Of a stretch of 26,202 bases of DNA, positions 1-8,773 are shown piece after piece. The notes beneath the pieces were generated by a model. The model had not been told where the DNA came from and searched no databases. It saw nothing but the letters and a program-made list of their open reading frames with translations. Numbering within the stretch: position 1 is the first letter of the stretch; each line of letters opens with the position of its first letter. A program made the position numbers and the translations under genes. This DNA comes from Candidatus Woesearchaeota archaeon (lineage in GTDB: Archaea; Nanobdellota; Nanobdellia; SCGC-AAA011-G17; JACPNG01), in NCBI GenBank assembly GCA_016185555.1, contig JACPNI010000066.1:1-26202 (forward strand), in the 5' to 3' direction.

Positions 1-2
1 AA

Positions 3-791
3 GTTAAAAATCGCAATTTTATGGGAATGTGGCTCCATATCGAGCAACTACAAGCTTCATTGATAAGATCTATCTTTTCAAAAGTTAATGCTAACATAAC
101 AACTCCAGGTCCATTAAGCATGTATAAAAGAAAAGAACTTGTTGAAATTAACTGTTTCTCAACAGAAGGATTCTCAGAAGATGCAGATGTTGCAATAAGA
201 TTGATAAGAAAAGGGAATAAGGTTGTTTTTTCTAACAAATCAATAGTACACACTTACATGCCTGATGATTTCAAAGGAATAATAAGACAGCGTTCTAGGT
301 TTGCTCGTGGAACTATTAATATTTTAAAAAGGCACTTGAAGGCCAACAAGTTATTGATAGATTTGTACACGCTGCCATTGCTTTTATTTTTCTATATCCA
401 ATCAATAATAATGGGTTCTATCAACTTATACCAAATCTTTTCAGGATACTTCCTTTATTTCATTTCAAAAGGAATTTATATCGATTTAAATGTTTTGAAA
501 TTTTTCTTCGAGTGGTTATCATTGATTGGCTTCATAAAATGGTCTGGAAGCGTAATTCTCGGACTTGCTCCTTTAACTTTTTTAAGTGCAATAGTTATTC
601 TGACCTCATTACTCTCTTATCCTCGCTATGTTTACGCAATCCTAAAGTACGATAAAAGAATAGATTTACAACACATTATTCCTTTAACATTCATGTTCCC
701 TTTTTGGGTATTCGTAACTATAGTATACTTAATCTCAATCCCGGAAGTATTTAGCAAAACCCAATACAACAAGTGGAATAAGAATGAGTAA
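3..791 (+). CDS. Glycosyltransferase family 2 (cellulose synthase-like), C-terminal part; 5'-truncated by window edge
   Basis: Frame is open from base 3; ED and RQRSRFARG (QxxRW-like) motifs followed by several hydrophobic TM segments. Confidence 0.85.
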   Translation, partial: VKNRNFMGMWLHIEQLQASLIRSIFSKVNANITTPGPLSMYKRKELVEINCFSTEGFSEDADVAIRLIRKGNKVVFSNKSIVHTYMPDDFKGIIRQRSRFARGTINILKRHLKANKLLIDLYTLPLLLFFYIQSIIMGSINLYQIFSGYFLYFISKGIYIDLNVLKFFFEWLSLIGFIKWSGSVILGLAPLTFLSAIVILTSLLSYPRYVYAILKYDKRIDLQHIIPLTFMFPFWVFVTIVYLISIPEVFSKTQYNKWNKNE

Positions 792-961
792 TATTTAATT
801 ATCTAAAATAACAATGAAGCAAACAATAAGCTTAAGAAATGGCATAATTTCACAATATAAAATGGACAAGTTAAAATTTGATAATGTTTACGAGCGTGGA
901 AGAAATTTTTATACTTTGAATTACAGCAAATCTTTTATATCACAGTTATAGATCTATCCTT

Positions 962-1879
962 ATGGTAGAAGCTAAAGAACTAAGGGATAAGATACTTGCA
1001 TTCGCAACATTAAATGGTCCAATTCTTCCAGTACAGGCTTCAAAAAACGTAGGAACTAATATCCTGTTTGGCGCTGCTGTTCTTTCTGAGTTGGTTGCGG
1101 GGGGAAAAGTGTTTTTTACTAATATGAAAATTGGCGGCAGTCCTCTATATTATATTAAAGGGCAAGAACCGAAGCTGCAGTCTTTTATAAATCATTTAAG
1201 TGAAAAACCAAAAAAAGCATGTTTGGATTTACAAGAAAAAAAAATAATCAGGGATCATGAATGTGAAGCATGGGAAAGAGTAGCTTTAAGGGAAATAAAG
1301 GATTTTGCCTTTCCGATAAGTGTAAAGCATGATGATGGAACAATAGAGACATTCTGGAAGTGGTATTTGGTTAATGATGAAGAAGCAAAAAAAATTATTG
1401 AATCTTTAGTTGTTAAGAAAGAAGAAATAAATGTGGATACTGAAGAAACAGAAGATAAACCAAAGGAAGTTAAACAAGAAATAAGAGATGAAAAGCCACA
1501 ACCAGTTAAAGAGCCTATTAAAGATGAGAAGAAAGAGAGAAAGAAAAAACCGAAAAAAGCTACAAAAGATATTTCGAGTATGGCGTTTGAATATTTTGAA
1601 AAGAACAGCATTAGGGTAATAAGCAGCAGTGTAATTAAGAAAAATAAGGAAATAAACTATACTGTTGAAATACCATCTGAAATCGGCAGTTTATCTTACA
1701 TGGTTAAAATAAAAGACAAGGCAAAATTTACAGATTCTGATGTAATAATTGCTTACAGCGAAGCACAGTATGGCCGGCTTCCAATGCTTCTTTTAAGTAC
1801 AGGTGACCTGACTAAAAAAGCAGAAGAATACATAAATAAGAATTTAAAGGGCTATTTCCTGTTTAAGAAACTGGAATGA
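962..1879 (+). CDS. Conserved hypothetical protein (DPANN-type), two domains with charged linker
   Basis: 305-aa ORF, K/E-rich linker, stop overlaps next start (ATGA at 1876-1879). Confidence 0.7.
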   Translation: MVEAKELRDKILAFATLNGPILPVQASKNVGTNILFGAAVLSELVAGGKVFFTNMKIGGSPLYYIKGQEPKLQSFINHLSEKPKKACLDLQEKKIIRDHECEAWERVALREIKDFAFPISVKHDDGTIETFWKWYLVNDEEAKKIIESLVVKKEEINVDTEETEDKPKEVKQEIRDEKPQPVKEPIKDEKKERKKKPKKATKDISSMAFEYFEKNSIRVISSSVIKKNKEINYTVEIPSEIGSLSYMVKIKDKAKFTDSDVIIAYSEAQYGRLPMLLLSTGDLTKKAEEYINKNLKGYFLFKKLE

Positions 1880-2860
1880 AATATATTTTTGTGCTTGGCA
1901 GGGATCCGGAATTAAGCATACTTGAAATTGTATCTTATTTTAAGAGAAACAGTCTAAAGTATGAACTACTGGATTATTCGGATTACGCCTTGGTGCTTGA
2001 CACAGAAGAGCTTGATTTTGAAGAAATAATAAAACGACTGGGTGGAACGCTTAAGATCTGCAGGGTGATATCTGAAAAACTTCCAAATGCACTAAATATA
2101 GGATCTATAATAAACTCTGATAAGATACACTATGCAATTAGCTATTACGGTCAGCCAAGAATTGACCTGGCTAAGCTGAATATGCTGATAAAAAAAGAAT
2201 TAAAATCCATTGGTTATAAAAAAGCATATTACAAGCCCTCAAAAAGAGGAACATTCCTGATGCCCACTGAGACTATTAAGCTCTTAAAAGAAGGCGTTGA
2301 GTTTAATGTTTATTCAGTTGTTATTAGATCCTTTTTGCGGTCTTGGGTCTGTTATGCAGGAAGCTTTGTTGATGAATATTAATGCAATCGGCATTGATAA
2401 GGAAGATTATTCAGTCAATGCAACAATTTACAATCTTAAATGGTTTGAAAAGAATTTTAAGTTTAAGGCCAAATGGAAGGTTTATCATCAGGATTCTAGA
2501 TATTTAATAAATTTCTTGAGAGAAAAGCCGAATGTAGTTGCAACAGAGCCATATATGGGGGTGTTTTTTAAGAAACTTCCATCAAGCAGGCAGGCTATAA
2601 AAGTAATCAGGGAGGTTGAGCCGTTGTATTTTAGTGTACTAAGTCAGCTTAAATCCTTGGGCGTTAAGACTGTTGTTTTTATTGTTCCAAGATTTGTGAC
2701 TTCTGATAGAAAATTATTGAGGCTTGATTTTCCAAGAATACTTAAACGTACTGGATTTAATATTATAAGTCCGTTTGAAAAAATAAAAATGCCTGTGGTT
2801 TATAGAAAAAGAGAAGGTAATATTGAGAGAGAAATTTATATTCTAAATAATACCAAATAA
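1876..2860 (+). pseudogene. Trm11-like tRNA methyltransferase, split into two frames with an apparent internal deletion near 2310-2325
   Basis: ORF 1876..2382 has N-terminal MKYIFVLGRDPELS; ORF 2297..2860 has SAM motif LLDPFCGLG and TEPYMG; the RP...PRLA-type segment normally before LDPFCG is absent. Confidence 0.7.
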
Positions 2861-2896
2861 TTGCCGGAAATTTCAATTTATGAAACTTCATTAAAG

Positions 2897-3457
2897 CTAA
2901 AATTCAACTCCAGGAGCATTTTCAGTACCAGGTTTAGCATTAAAATAGGTTTTCTCCATAAACCCAAAGTTCTTTGCTATAATATTGCTCGGAAATGTTT
3001 TAATTTTGGCATTGTAATTTCTTACAACATCATTGTATCTTCCTCTTTCAACTGCAATCTTATTTTCTGTGTTACTCAGTTCATCCTGCAACGCAATAAA
3101 GTTTTGTGTTGCTTTTAATGCGGGATAATTCTCTGCAACTACCAACAGTTTTGAAAGTGTTGACTCTATCTGGTTTGCTGTTTGGACTTTCTCTTCTATA
3201 TTTGATGCGCTTTGCCACTGGCTTCTTAGTCTTGTTATTTCTTCCAAGGTAGAGGATTCAAATTTTGCAGCCCCCTTTACAGTAGAGACTAAATTAGGAA
3301 TTAAATCAACCCTTCTTTGGTATTGAGTCTCGACCTGTGCCCATTTATTATTCGTGTCTTCATTTAATTTAACTAAAGAGTTATATGTTGTCACATACCA
3401 AAATATAAGCAGTACAACCAGGCCAATTATGCTAAAAGTAACCCATTTATTCTTCAT
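2897..3457 (-). CDS. lemA: LemA family protein
   Basis: N-terminal TM, YQRRVDLIPNLV, VAENYPALKA, ENKIAVERGRYN motifs. Confidence 0.95.
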   Translation of the reverse strand: MKNKWVTFSIIGLVVLLIFWYVTTYNSLVKLNEDTNNKWAQVETQYQRRVDLIPNLVSTVKGAAKFESSTLEEITRLRSQWQSASNIEEKVQTANQIESTLSKLLVVAENYPALKATQNFIALQDELSNTENKIAVERGRYNDVVRNYNAKIKTFPSNIIAKNFGFMEKTYFNAKPGTENAPGVEF

Positions 3458-3636
3458 TTTCGTACCTTCCCTTTCTTTGAAAAACTATAGAGCAGTTTTA
3501 CTTCATCTTTATCTAGCCACATCCCTCCGCAGTTATCACAAACATCTAATACCGCCCCGGATGGATGATTAATTTTTCGCATAAGTCTTTTATTGAATAA
3601 ACTTGAGCATCTAGGGCATTTAATATATTTATCCAT
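3454..3636 (-). CDS. Small zinc-ribbon protein (zf-TFIIB-like), about 60 aa from ATG at 3636 (ORF track extends to 3675)
   Basis: CPRC...LDVCDNCGGMWLDKDE pattern; ATGA overlap with lemA. Confidence 0.8.
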   Translation of the reverse strand: MDKYIKCPRCSSLFNKRLMRKINHPSGAVLDVCDNCGGMWLDKDEVKLLYSFSKKGKVRK

Positions 3637-3668
3637 CAGTATTTTCTTTATTTTGTTTTTTTTAAAGT

Positions 3669-4451
3669 TTACCATCCTCCAGAACTTCCACCCCCACCAT
3701 ATCCTCCTCCGCCTCCTGAAAAACCACCAAGCCCGCCTGAGCCTCCAAAACCGCCCCTACCAAAGCCTCCTGCAAACAAGCCCCATGCAGCCCCATGATA
3801 AAAACTGTCATTATTATTCTTACTCTTAAGATTTTTTTTAGAATTTCTTATGATTGCAACAAAGCGCAATATTATAAAAATAGCAATTATCAAGAAAATT
3901 GCAGAATAAACTGTAGTTTGGCTTGTGTTCGTTTCATTTGAATTTTTTAATTTAACAATATCTGGATCGTTTGAACCTTGTAATATTTTGGTGCTTATAT
4001 CTACAACTTTAATTATTCCTTCTTCATAATTACCATTGATGAAATTTGGAACTAAATATTCCCTTGAGATCCTTCCAAGCAAAGGTGAATTGAGTGTACT
4101 TTCAACACCATAACCTACTTCCCACCTGTACTTCTTATCATCAATTGCAATATACAGAAGGATACCGTTATCATTACCTTTTTTCCCGATTTTATTTGAC
4201 TCCGCAATCTTTAATGTATACTCTTCTAGGGAAAGTTCTTTTGGATATTCTTTTTCTATATAAACAATATATTGAACGCCCCCGGTGGTCTTTTCTAAAT
4301 CTCTTAGTGTTTCTTCTAGAGATATTTTAGAAGATTCTGAAAGGATATTTGCATTATCCGTAACGTACGATCTTATTGCCGGTATCTTCGTGGCATTAAC
4401 CAAGGATATTACAAGAAAGAAAATCACTATGGAAAAAGTTAGTTTATGCAT
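3669..4451 (-). CDS. TPM-domain (YgcG-like) membrane protein
   Basis: Signal peptide, YVTDNANILS, IGKKGNDNGILL, EVGYGVE, TM and Gly-rich GGFSGGGGGYGGGGSSGGW tail; linked to lemA. Confidence 0.92.
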   Translation of the reverse strand: MHKLTFSIVIFFLVISLVNATKIPAIRSYVTDNANILSESSKISLEETLRDLEKTTGGVQYIVYIEKEYPKELSLEEYTLKIAESNKIGKKGNDNGILLYIAIDDKKYRWEVGYGVESTLNSPLLGRISREYLVPNFINGNYEEGIIKVVDISTKILQGSNDPDIVKLKNSNETNTSQTTVYSAIFLIIAIFIILRFVAIIRNSKKNLKSKNNNDSFYHGAAWGLFAGGFGRGGFGGSGGLGGFSGGGGGYGGGGSSGGW

Positions 4452-4547
4452 AAAGAAGATTTGATTTTGTAGTTATATAATTGTTTCTTTATCTCTTATC
4501 CAAGGCGACATCAGAAACTTTTTATACTTTGCTCTATAAGCATAGCC

Positions 4548-5261
4548 ATGTCAAGAATCTGGTACAAGAATTATGGATGGAAAAGTAATCCCTTTAATGT
4601 AAGGGCTGATTCTAAGATTTTTGGATTGGATAAAGAAAGAGAGTTGCTAATGAACTATGTTCTTGGAGGAAATGTCTGTTTTATTACTGGACCTACTGGT
4701 GCTGGCAAGACTTCTTTACTTAAGTGGCTTCAGTCAAATATCAAAGGCCACAAAATAATTTATCTCGATTCTAGTGCGACAAATGATTTTTTTAATCTTG
4801 GAAAGCACTTAAAAGACCATAGGAATTTTTTCGAACTTATCTTCCATGATTTTCCAAGAAAAGTGGTTCTGTTGGTTGATGAAGCACATTGTAGTGAGAA
4901 GCATTTGAAAGATGCAATTAAGCTTTATTGGGATAATGCACATGTCAAGTCTGTTGTAGTAGCACAAATTCCCTCACCAAATAATTTTTCAAAGGTTTTC
5001 AGGGCACGTGCAGGGGGAAGAATAATAAGGCTTTCTAACATAAGTACTGAAGTTGCAAATGGAATTGTTGACCTAAGAACCAAAAATAAGAATATATTTG
5101 AAAGAGATGCAATAGAGAGCATGCTTTACATTTCAGATAGGAATCCTAGAAAATTCCTGGAGAATTGTGAGAAAGCTGCAATGAAATTGGCAGGCAAATG
5201 GAATGGGGCTAAATTTTCTAAAGCAGATGTAGAAATTATTTTTAGCCACCACAAAGCTTAA
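4548..5261 (+). CDS. AAA+ family P-loop ATPase
   Basis: Walker A GPTGAGKT, Walker B LLVDEAH, C-terminal NPRKFL sensor-like motif. Confidence 0.85.
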   Translation: MSRIWYKNYGWKSNPFNVRADSKIFGLDKERELLMNYVLGGNVCFITGPTGAGKTSLLKWLQSNIKGHKIIYLDSSATNDFFNLGKHLKDHRNFFELIFHDFPRKVVLLVDEAHCSEKHLKDAIKLYWDNAHVKSVVVAQIPSPNNFSKVFRARAGGRIIRLSNISTEVANGIVDLRTKNKNIFERDAIESMLYISDRNPRKFLENCEKAAMKLAGKWNGAKFSKADVEIIFSHHKA

Positions 5262-5286
5262 AAAAGGCAATTAAAGCTACATTCTT

Positions 5287-5490
5287 ATGGGAAGAGTAAA
5301 AACAATGATGATCAAGAGAAGCGCAAATAAACTTCTCAAAGAATATAAAAGCAGCTTTAATTCTGATTTTAACTACAATAAAAATCAGGTTGTTAAGTTT
5401 GCAGATATAAGATCAAAAAAAATAAAGAATGTGCTAGCTGGTTATATAACAAGATTAATAAAACGGGGCGTACAGTCCAATAAACTCTGA
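5287..5490 (+). CDS. rps17e: 30S ribosomal protein S17e
   Basis: MGRVKT...IKR, DFNYNK, SKKIKNVLAGYITR. Confidence 0.95.
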   Translation: MGRVKTMMIKRSANKLLKEYKSSFNSDFNYNKNQVVKFADIRSKKIKNVLAGYITRLIKRGVQSNKL

Positions 5491-5508
5491 TTGTTTTCTT
5501 ATAAACTA

Positions 5509-5799
5509 TTATTGTTCTTGATTTTGATGCATTACAGCACTTCTGATAATCTCAAAGGATTCAAATTTGCTTAAGTTATAGGTTTTATCTCCTACCCCCA
5601 TATTTATTCGATATTCAGCATCTCGGCTTGATAAGCCTTTAACCTTTAACCCAGAGAAAGGGTTTTCGTGAGAAAGTACTGCTGTTCTACAGTCATAATG
5701 AGTGACAAATCCAACTACTTCAAATTCATATGACTTTAAAGAGAGCAGATCTCCAATGCTTACTCCTTTCAGCTTATTTTCCAATCCTTTCATAGCCAA
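5509..5799 (-). CDS. Hypothetical protein
   Basis: 96-aa ORF fills the gap between rps17e and alba; no recognised motif. Confidence 0.55.
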   Translation of the reverse strand: MAMKGLENKLKGVSIGDLLSLKSYEFEVVGFVTHYDCRTAVLSHENPFSGLKVKGLSSRDAEYRINMGVGDKTYNLSKFESFEIIRSAVMHQNQEQ

Positions 5800-5815
5800 G
5801 CAATGAAGCGGTGTA

Positions 5816-5823
5816 TTTATAAA
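5816..5823. promoter_or_regulatory. TATA box (TTTATAAA) upstream of alba
   Basis: Archaeal TATA consensus 43 nt before the ATG at 5866; GGAGG Shine-Dalgarno at 5852..5856. Confidence 0.55.
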
Positions 5824-5865
5824 CCTTTAGTTGATATTACAGTAGTAATTCGGAGGGTGTTCAAG

Positions 5866-6214
5866 ATGACAGAAACTAACGAAGTGGAACATAAAGAAAG
5901 TCGGGAACGCAGCAACGTTGTGTACGTAGGATCCAAACCTTTTATGAAATTACAATAGTCAAGGCTATTGTAACATCAGTTACGTAACAAGCGTTGTTAT
6001 GCAGTTTACAGTGCAAAATTCAAATGAAGTTATAGTTAAAGCCAGGGGGAGATTTATCAGTCGTGCAGTTGACATAGTTGAAGTAGCCAGAAAAAGATTT
6101 TTGGATAATGCACTTGATCTCGGTGATATTAAACTAGATTCTGAAGATTTTAAAAATCGTGAAGGCAGAGATATCCGGGTTAGTACCATAGAGATAACTT
6201 TAAAAAAGAAATAG
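5866..6214 (+). CDS. alba: DNA/RNA-binding protein Alba, intron-containing: join(5866..5948,5980..6214), 105 aa
   Basis: Exon 1 MTETN...NVVYVGSKPFM; exon 2 YVTSVVMQF...VIVKARGRFISRAVDIVE...VSTIEITL; removing 31 nt rebuilds the codon AA|T (Asn) and the conserved G-x-KP-x-MNYV motif. Confidence 0.9.
5949..5979 (+). other. 31-nt BHB-type intron in the alba coding sequence
   Basis: TATG AA|A TTACAATAG TCAAGG CTATTGTAA CATC AG|T: two 3-nt bulges, 3 of 4 pairs in the central helix, perfect 9-bp stem; contains in-frame TAG at 5956..5958. Confidence 0.85.
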
Positions 6215-6241
6215 TCTTTTATTTTTAAAAAGAGGTAATAG

Positions 6242-7927
6242 ATGCAGGTCTCTATATTTTTTGACATTGTAATCATAATAATATTTGCAGCTTTACTAGC
6301 TAATATAGTAAGATTCTTTAAACAGCCATTAATTCTAGGCTATGTTATTGCAGGTCTGCTTATTGGTCCAAGTTTTTTTTCTTTTATAAAGAACCCGGAA
6401 TATTTGAGCACCTTTTCCGAAATAGGAATTGCTTTTCTTCTATTTATAGTGGGTATGGAGCTGGATTTCAAGAGACTTAAAGAGGTTAGTAATGTAGTTA
6501 TTATTGCAGGTATATTGCAGTCATTATTAACGATGGGTGTAGGGTTCTTTATCGCATCATTCTGGTTGGATATTACCCAGTCAATTTATCTTGGTTTAAT
6601 TGTTGCGTTTTCAAGTACAATGGTTGTCATTAAGCTTATATCAGACAAAGGCCAATTAGACACATTGCATGGAAGGATAGTATTAGGAATTTTGCTGGTC
6701 CAGGATGTAATAGCTGTTATAGCCTTGCCACTGCTTCCAACAATAAATAACTTCTCATACAGTTTGTTTTCAATAGCCTTGTTGAAAGGGATAGGGCTGA
6801 TTGTTTTTGCATTTTTAATGAGCAAATATGTTTTCTATTCTGTATTAAAAGCCACAGCTAAACTGCCAGAGCTTCTTTTTGTAACCGCACTTGCAATCTG
6901 CTTTATATTTGCTTCTTTTGCAGCCATTCTTGGATTTTCAATAGCAATAGGGGCTTTTGTAGCCGGTGTTGCATTAGCATCATTTCCATACAACCTGGAA
7001 ATAGTTGGGAGGATAAAATCACTTAAGGATTTCTTTATCATAATCTTTTTTGTTACCTTAGGAAGTCAGCTTAACTTAAATAATTTTAATTTCAATATAT
7101 ATTTAATAATAGCCTTAATAATAACTGTTTTGCTATTAAAGCCAGTTATTATCTTTGTTATACTGAAATTCTTTAAGTATGGCAATAATACATCGCTTCT
7201 ATCTGGCATGTACTTAGCACAGATTAGCGAGTTTTCTTTGGTAATTGCAGCATTAGGGCAGTCGCTTGGGCATATAACAAAAGAAACATTTACTTTGGTA
7301 ATATTAATCTCCGTATTTACAATTACATTAACTTCTTATTTTGGCCAATATGATAAAAAAATTTATCGGTTATTTTCTGACTTTCTGGTTCCGTTTGAAA
7401 GATATAGTTCAGAAGAGCTTAGAAGACTCCCAAAAGAAATATCAGCACATACGATTTTAATAGGGGCGCACAGGATGGGACTTAATATTATAAAAACCTT
7501 AAAGCAAAAAAATGAAAATTTTATAGTCGTTGATTTTAATCCGGAAGTTATTAGGAAATTAATTAAAATGAATATAAACTGCATATATGGAGATATAAGC
7601 AATATAGATGTTTTAATGCATCTTAACCTCAAAAAAGCTAGGATGGTTATATCAACTGTTCCAAATACACTCGATAATATGCTCTTAATTGAAATAATCC
7701 GGAAAGAGCATAAGGACTGTATTGTAATAGTAAGGTCCTCTTCTGCATTTGAAGCATTAAACCTTTATAAAAAAGGGGCGGATTTTGTAGTTCTGCCTGA
7801 ATTATTGGCTGGGCAAAAGATTTCGGATTATTTAACCCATCTAAATGACAGGGAAATAAAAAAATGGGGTAAAACCTATAAAGACAACCTAGCTAAATCC
7901 ATGAACTATGAAGATGGTATCTGGTAG
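6242..7927 (+). CDS. Kef-type cation:proton antiporter (CPA2) with TrkA-N domain
   Basis: GYVIAGLLIGP, LLFIVGMELD, FSSTMVVIK, LLVQD, GAFVAG; C-terminal Rossmann IGAHRMG, VVDFNPE, IYGD. Confidence 0.93.
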   Translation: MQVSIFFDIVIIIIFAALLANIVRFFKQPLILGYVIAGLLIGPSFFSFIKNPEYLSTFSEIGIAFLLFIVGMELDFKRLKEVSNVVIIAGILQSLLTMGVGFFIASFWLDITQSIYLGLIVAFSSTMVVIKLISDKGQLDTLHGRIVLGILLVQDVIAVIALPLLPTINNFSYSLFSIALLKGIGLIVFAFLMSKYVFYSVLKATAKLPELLFVTALAICFIFASFAAILGFSIAIGAFVAGVALASFPYNLEIVGRIKSLKDFFIIIFFVTLGSQLNLNNFNFNIYLIIALIITVLLLKPVIIFVILKFFKYGNNTSLLSGMYLAQISEFSLVIAALGQSLGHITKETFTLVILISVFTITLTSYFGQYDKKIYRLFSDFLVPFERYSSEELRRLPKEISAHTILIGAHRMGLNIIKTLKQKNENFIVVDFNPEVIRKLIKMNINCIYGDISNIDVLMHLNLKKARMVISTVPNTLDNMLLIEIIRKEHKDCIVIVRSSSAFEALNLYKKGADFVVLPELLAGQKISDYLTHLNDREIKKWGKTYKDNLAKSMNYEDGIW

Positions 7928-7929
7928 TC

Positions 7930-8271
7930 TTAGCCTATATAGCTTGTAGGTGTTTTTTCCTGTATGTTCGGTGCTATTTTTTTCTTCTTTTCAAATTTAG
8001 GTTCTTCCAGTTTTCCGAATTTATCCTCATAAAGCTTTAAATTTTCTTCAAGTATTTTAATAAGTATCTTTAGAAAATCCTTGTCGATCATTACTAAGCT
8101 ATGTTTTATTGGCACTACAGCAGCTCCGCCTTCACTATATCTTGTTAGCACTTGCCTGAATTCTAAAAAGAAATTGTTCTTGCTATGGGATACTGCTAAA
8201 CCATTTGCATAGAATGCATCCTTGCTAAAGTCTAATTGGCCTTGAATTTCTGTTCTTTCTTCTTTTTCCAT
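7930..8271 (-). CDS. Hypothetical protein, DUF3467-like
   Basis: FYANGLAVSHSKNNFFLEFRQ resembles the DUF3467 pattern. Confidence 0.6.
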   Translation of the reverse strand: MEKEERTEIQGQLDFSKDAFYANGLAVSHSKNNFFLEFRQVLTRYSEGGAAVVPIKHSLVMIDKDFLKILIKILEENLKLYEDKFGKLEEPKFEKKKKIAPNIQEKTPTSYIG

Positions 8272-8286
8272 TTTTACCTCCCATTA

Positions 8287-8360
8287 TGCCTCTGCTGGGA
8301 TTTGAACCCAGGACATCTGGATTATGAAACCAGCGCTCTACCGGGCTAAGCTACAGAGGC
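8287..8360 (-). tRNA. tRNA-Met(CAT), probably elongator; no intron, CCA not encoded
   Basis: GCCTCTG/CAGAGGC acceptor, CTGGT-TTCATAA-TCCAG anticodon arm with U31.U39, GGTTCAAATCC T arm; lacks initiator A1-U72. Confidence 0.9.
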
Positions 8361-8383
8361 ATTAGAATTTGGTTTGAAACTAG

Positions 8384-8773
8384 TTATAAAAAGCTTTTTA
8401 TTTTATCAGCAATAGCAACAAATTCTTCTTTTGTTGGTTCAGGTATCTTTTCAAAGCTTAGATGTTTTTCATAACAGGGATGCAGTCTTACATGTACATG
8501 ATCCACCATAAATCCTTCAACTACTATGCAAGTCCTGATTGGTTTAAAGGAATTATCAATTGCTTTGGCTATTTTTCTGGATCTAAGAAATAGTTCTGAG
8601 TATTCTTTATCATTAAGGTCAAAGATATAACTGGAGTGCTTTTTTAGTACAACTAACACCTGGCCTTTGGATGATGGAAAGGCATCTAGAAATGCTAAAT
8701 GTTCTTCATCCTCATAAATTTTATATGAAGGTATATTATTATTGATTATTTTGCAGAATACACAGTCATTCAT
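8384..8773 (-). CDS. HIT family hydrolase
   Basis: DCVFCKII, AFLDAFP, GQVLVV, variant triad VDHVHVRL. Confidence 0.9.
   Translation of the reverse strand: MNDCVFCKIINNNIPSYKIYEDEEHLAFLDAFPSSKGQVLVVLKKHSSYIFDLNDKEYSELFLRSRKIAKAIDNSFKPIRTCIVVEGFMVDHVHVRLHPCYEKHLSFEKIPEPTKEEFVAIADKIKSFL

Noticed and set aside
814-951. 45-codon ORF MKQTISLRNG... in the first intergenic gap
   Set aside because: No SD, no recognisable motif; could be chance in AT-rich DNA
3672-3770. CCTCC/CCACC low-complexity repeats
   Set aside because: They encode the usual Gly-rich tail of TPM proteins
5949-5979. Alba insert as random error or mobile-element footprint
   Set aside because: A perfect 9-bp stem with exact BHB spacing is unlikely by chance, and there is no target-site duplication; read confirmation is still needed
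5999-6214. 71-aa ORF taken as the complete Alba
   Set aside because: It lacks the conserved first strand and KP-x-MNY motif, which lie upstream in another frame with their own SD and ATG
8287-8360. tRNA(CAT) as initiator Met or Ile2
   Set aside because: G1-C72 and no three G-C pairs rule out initiator; U31.U39 favours elongator Met, though Ile2 is not strictly excluded
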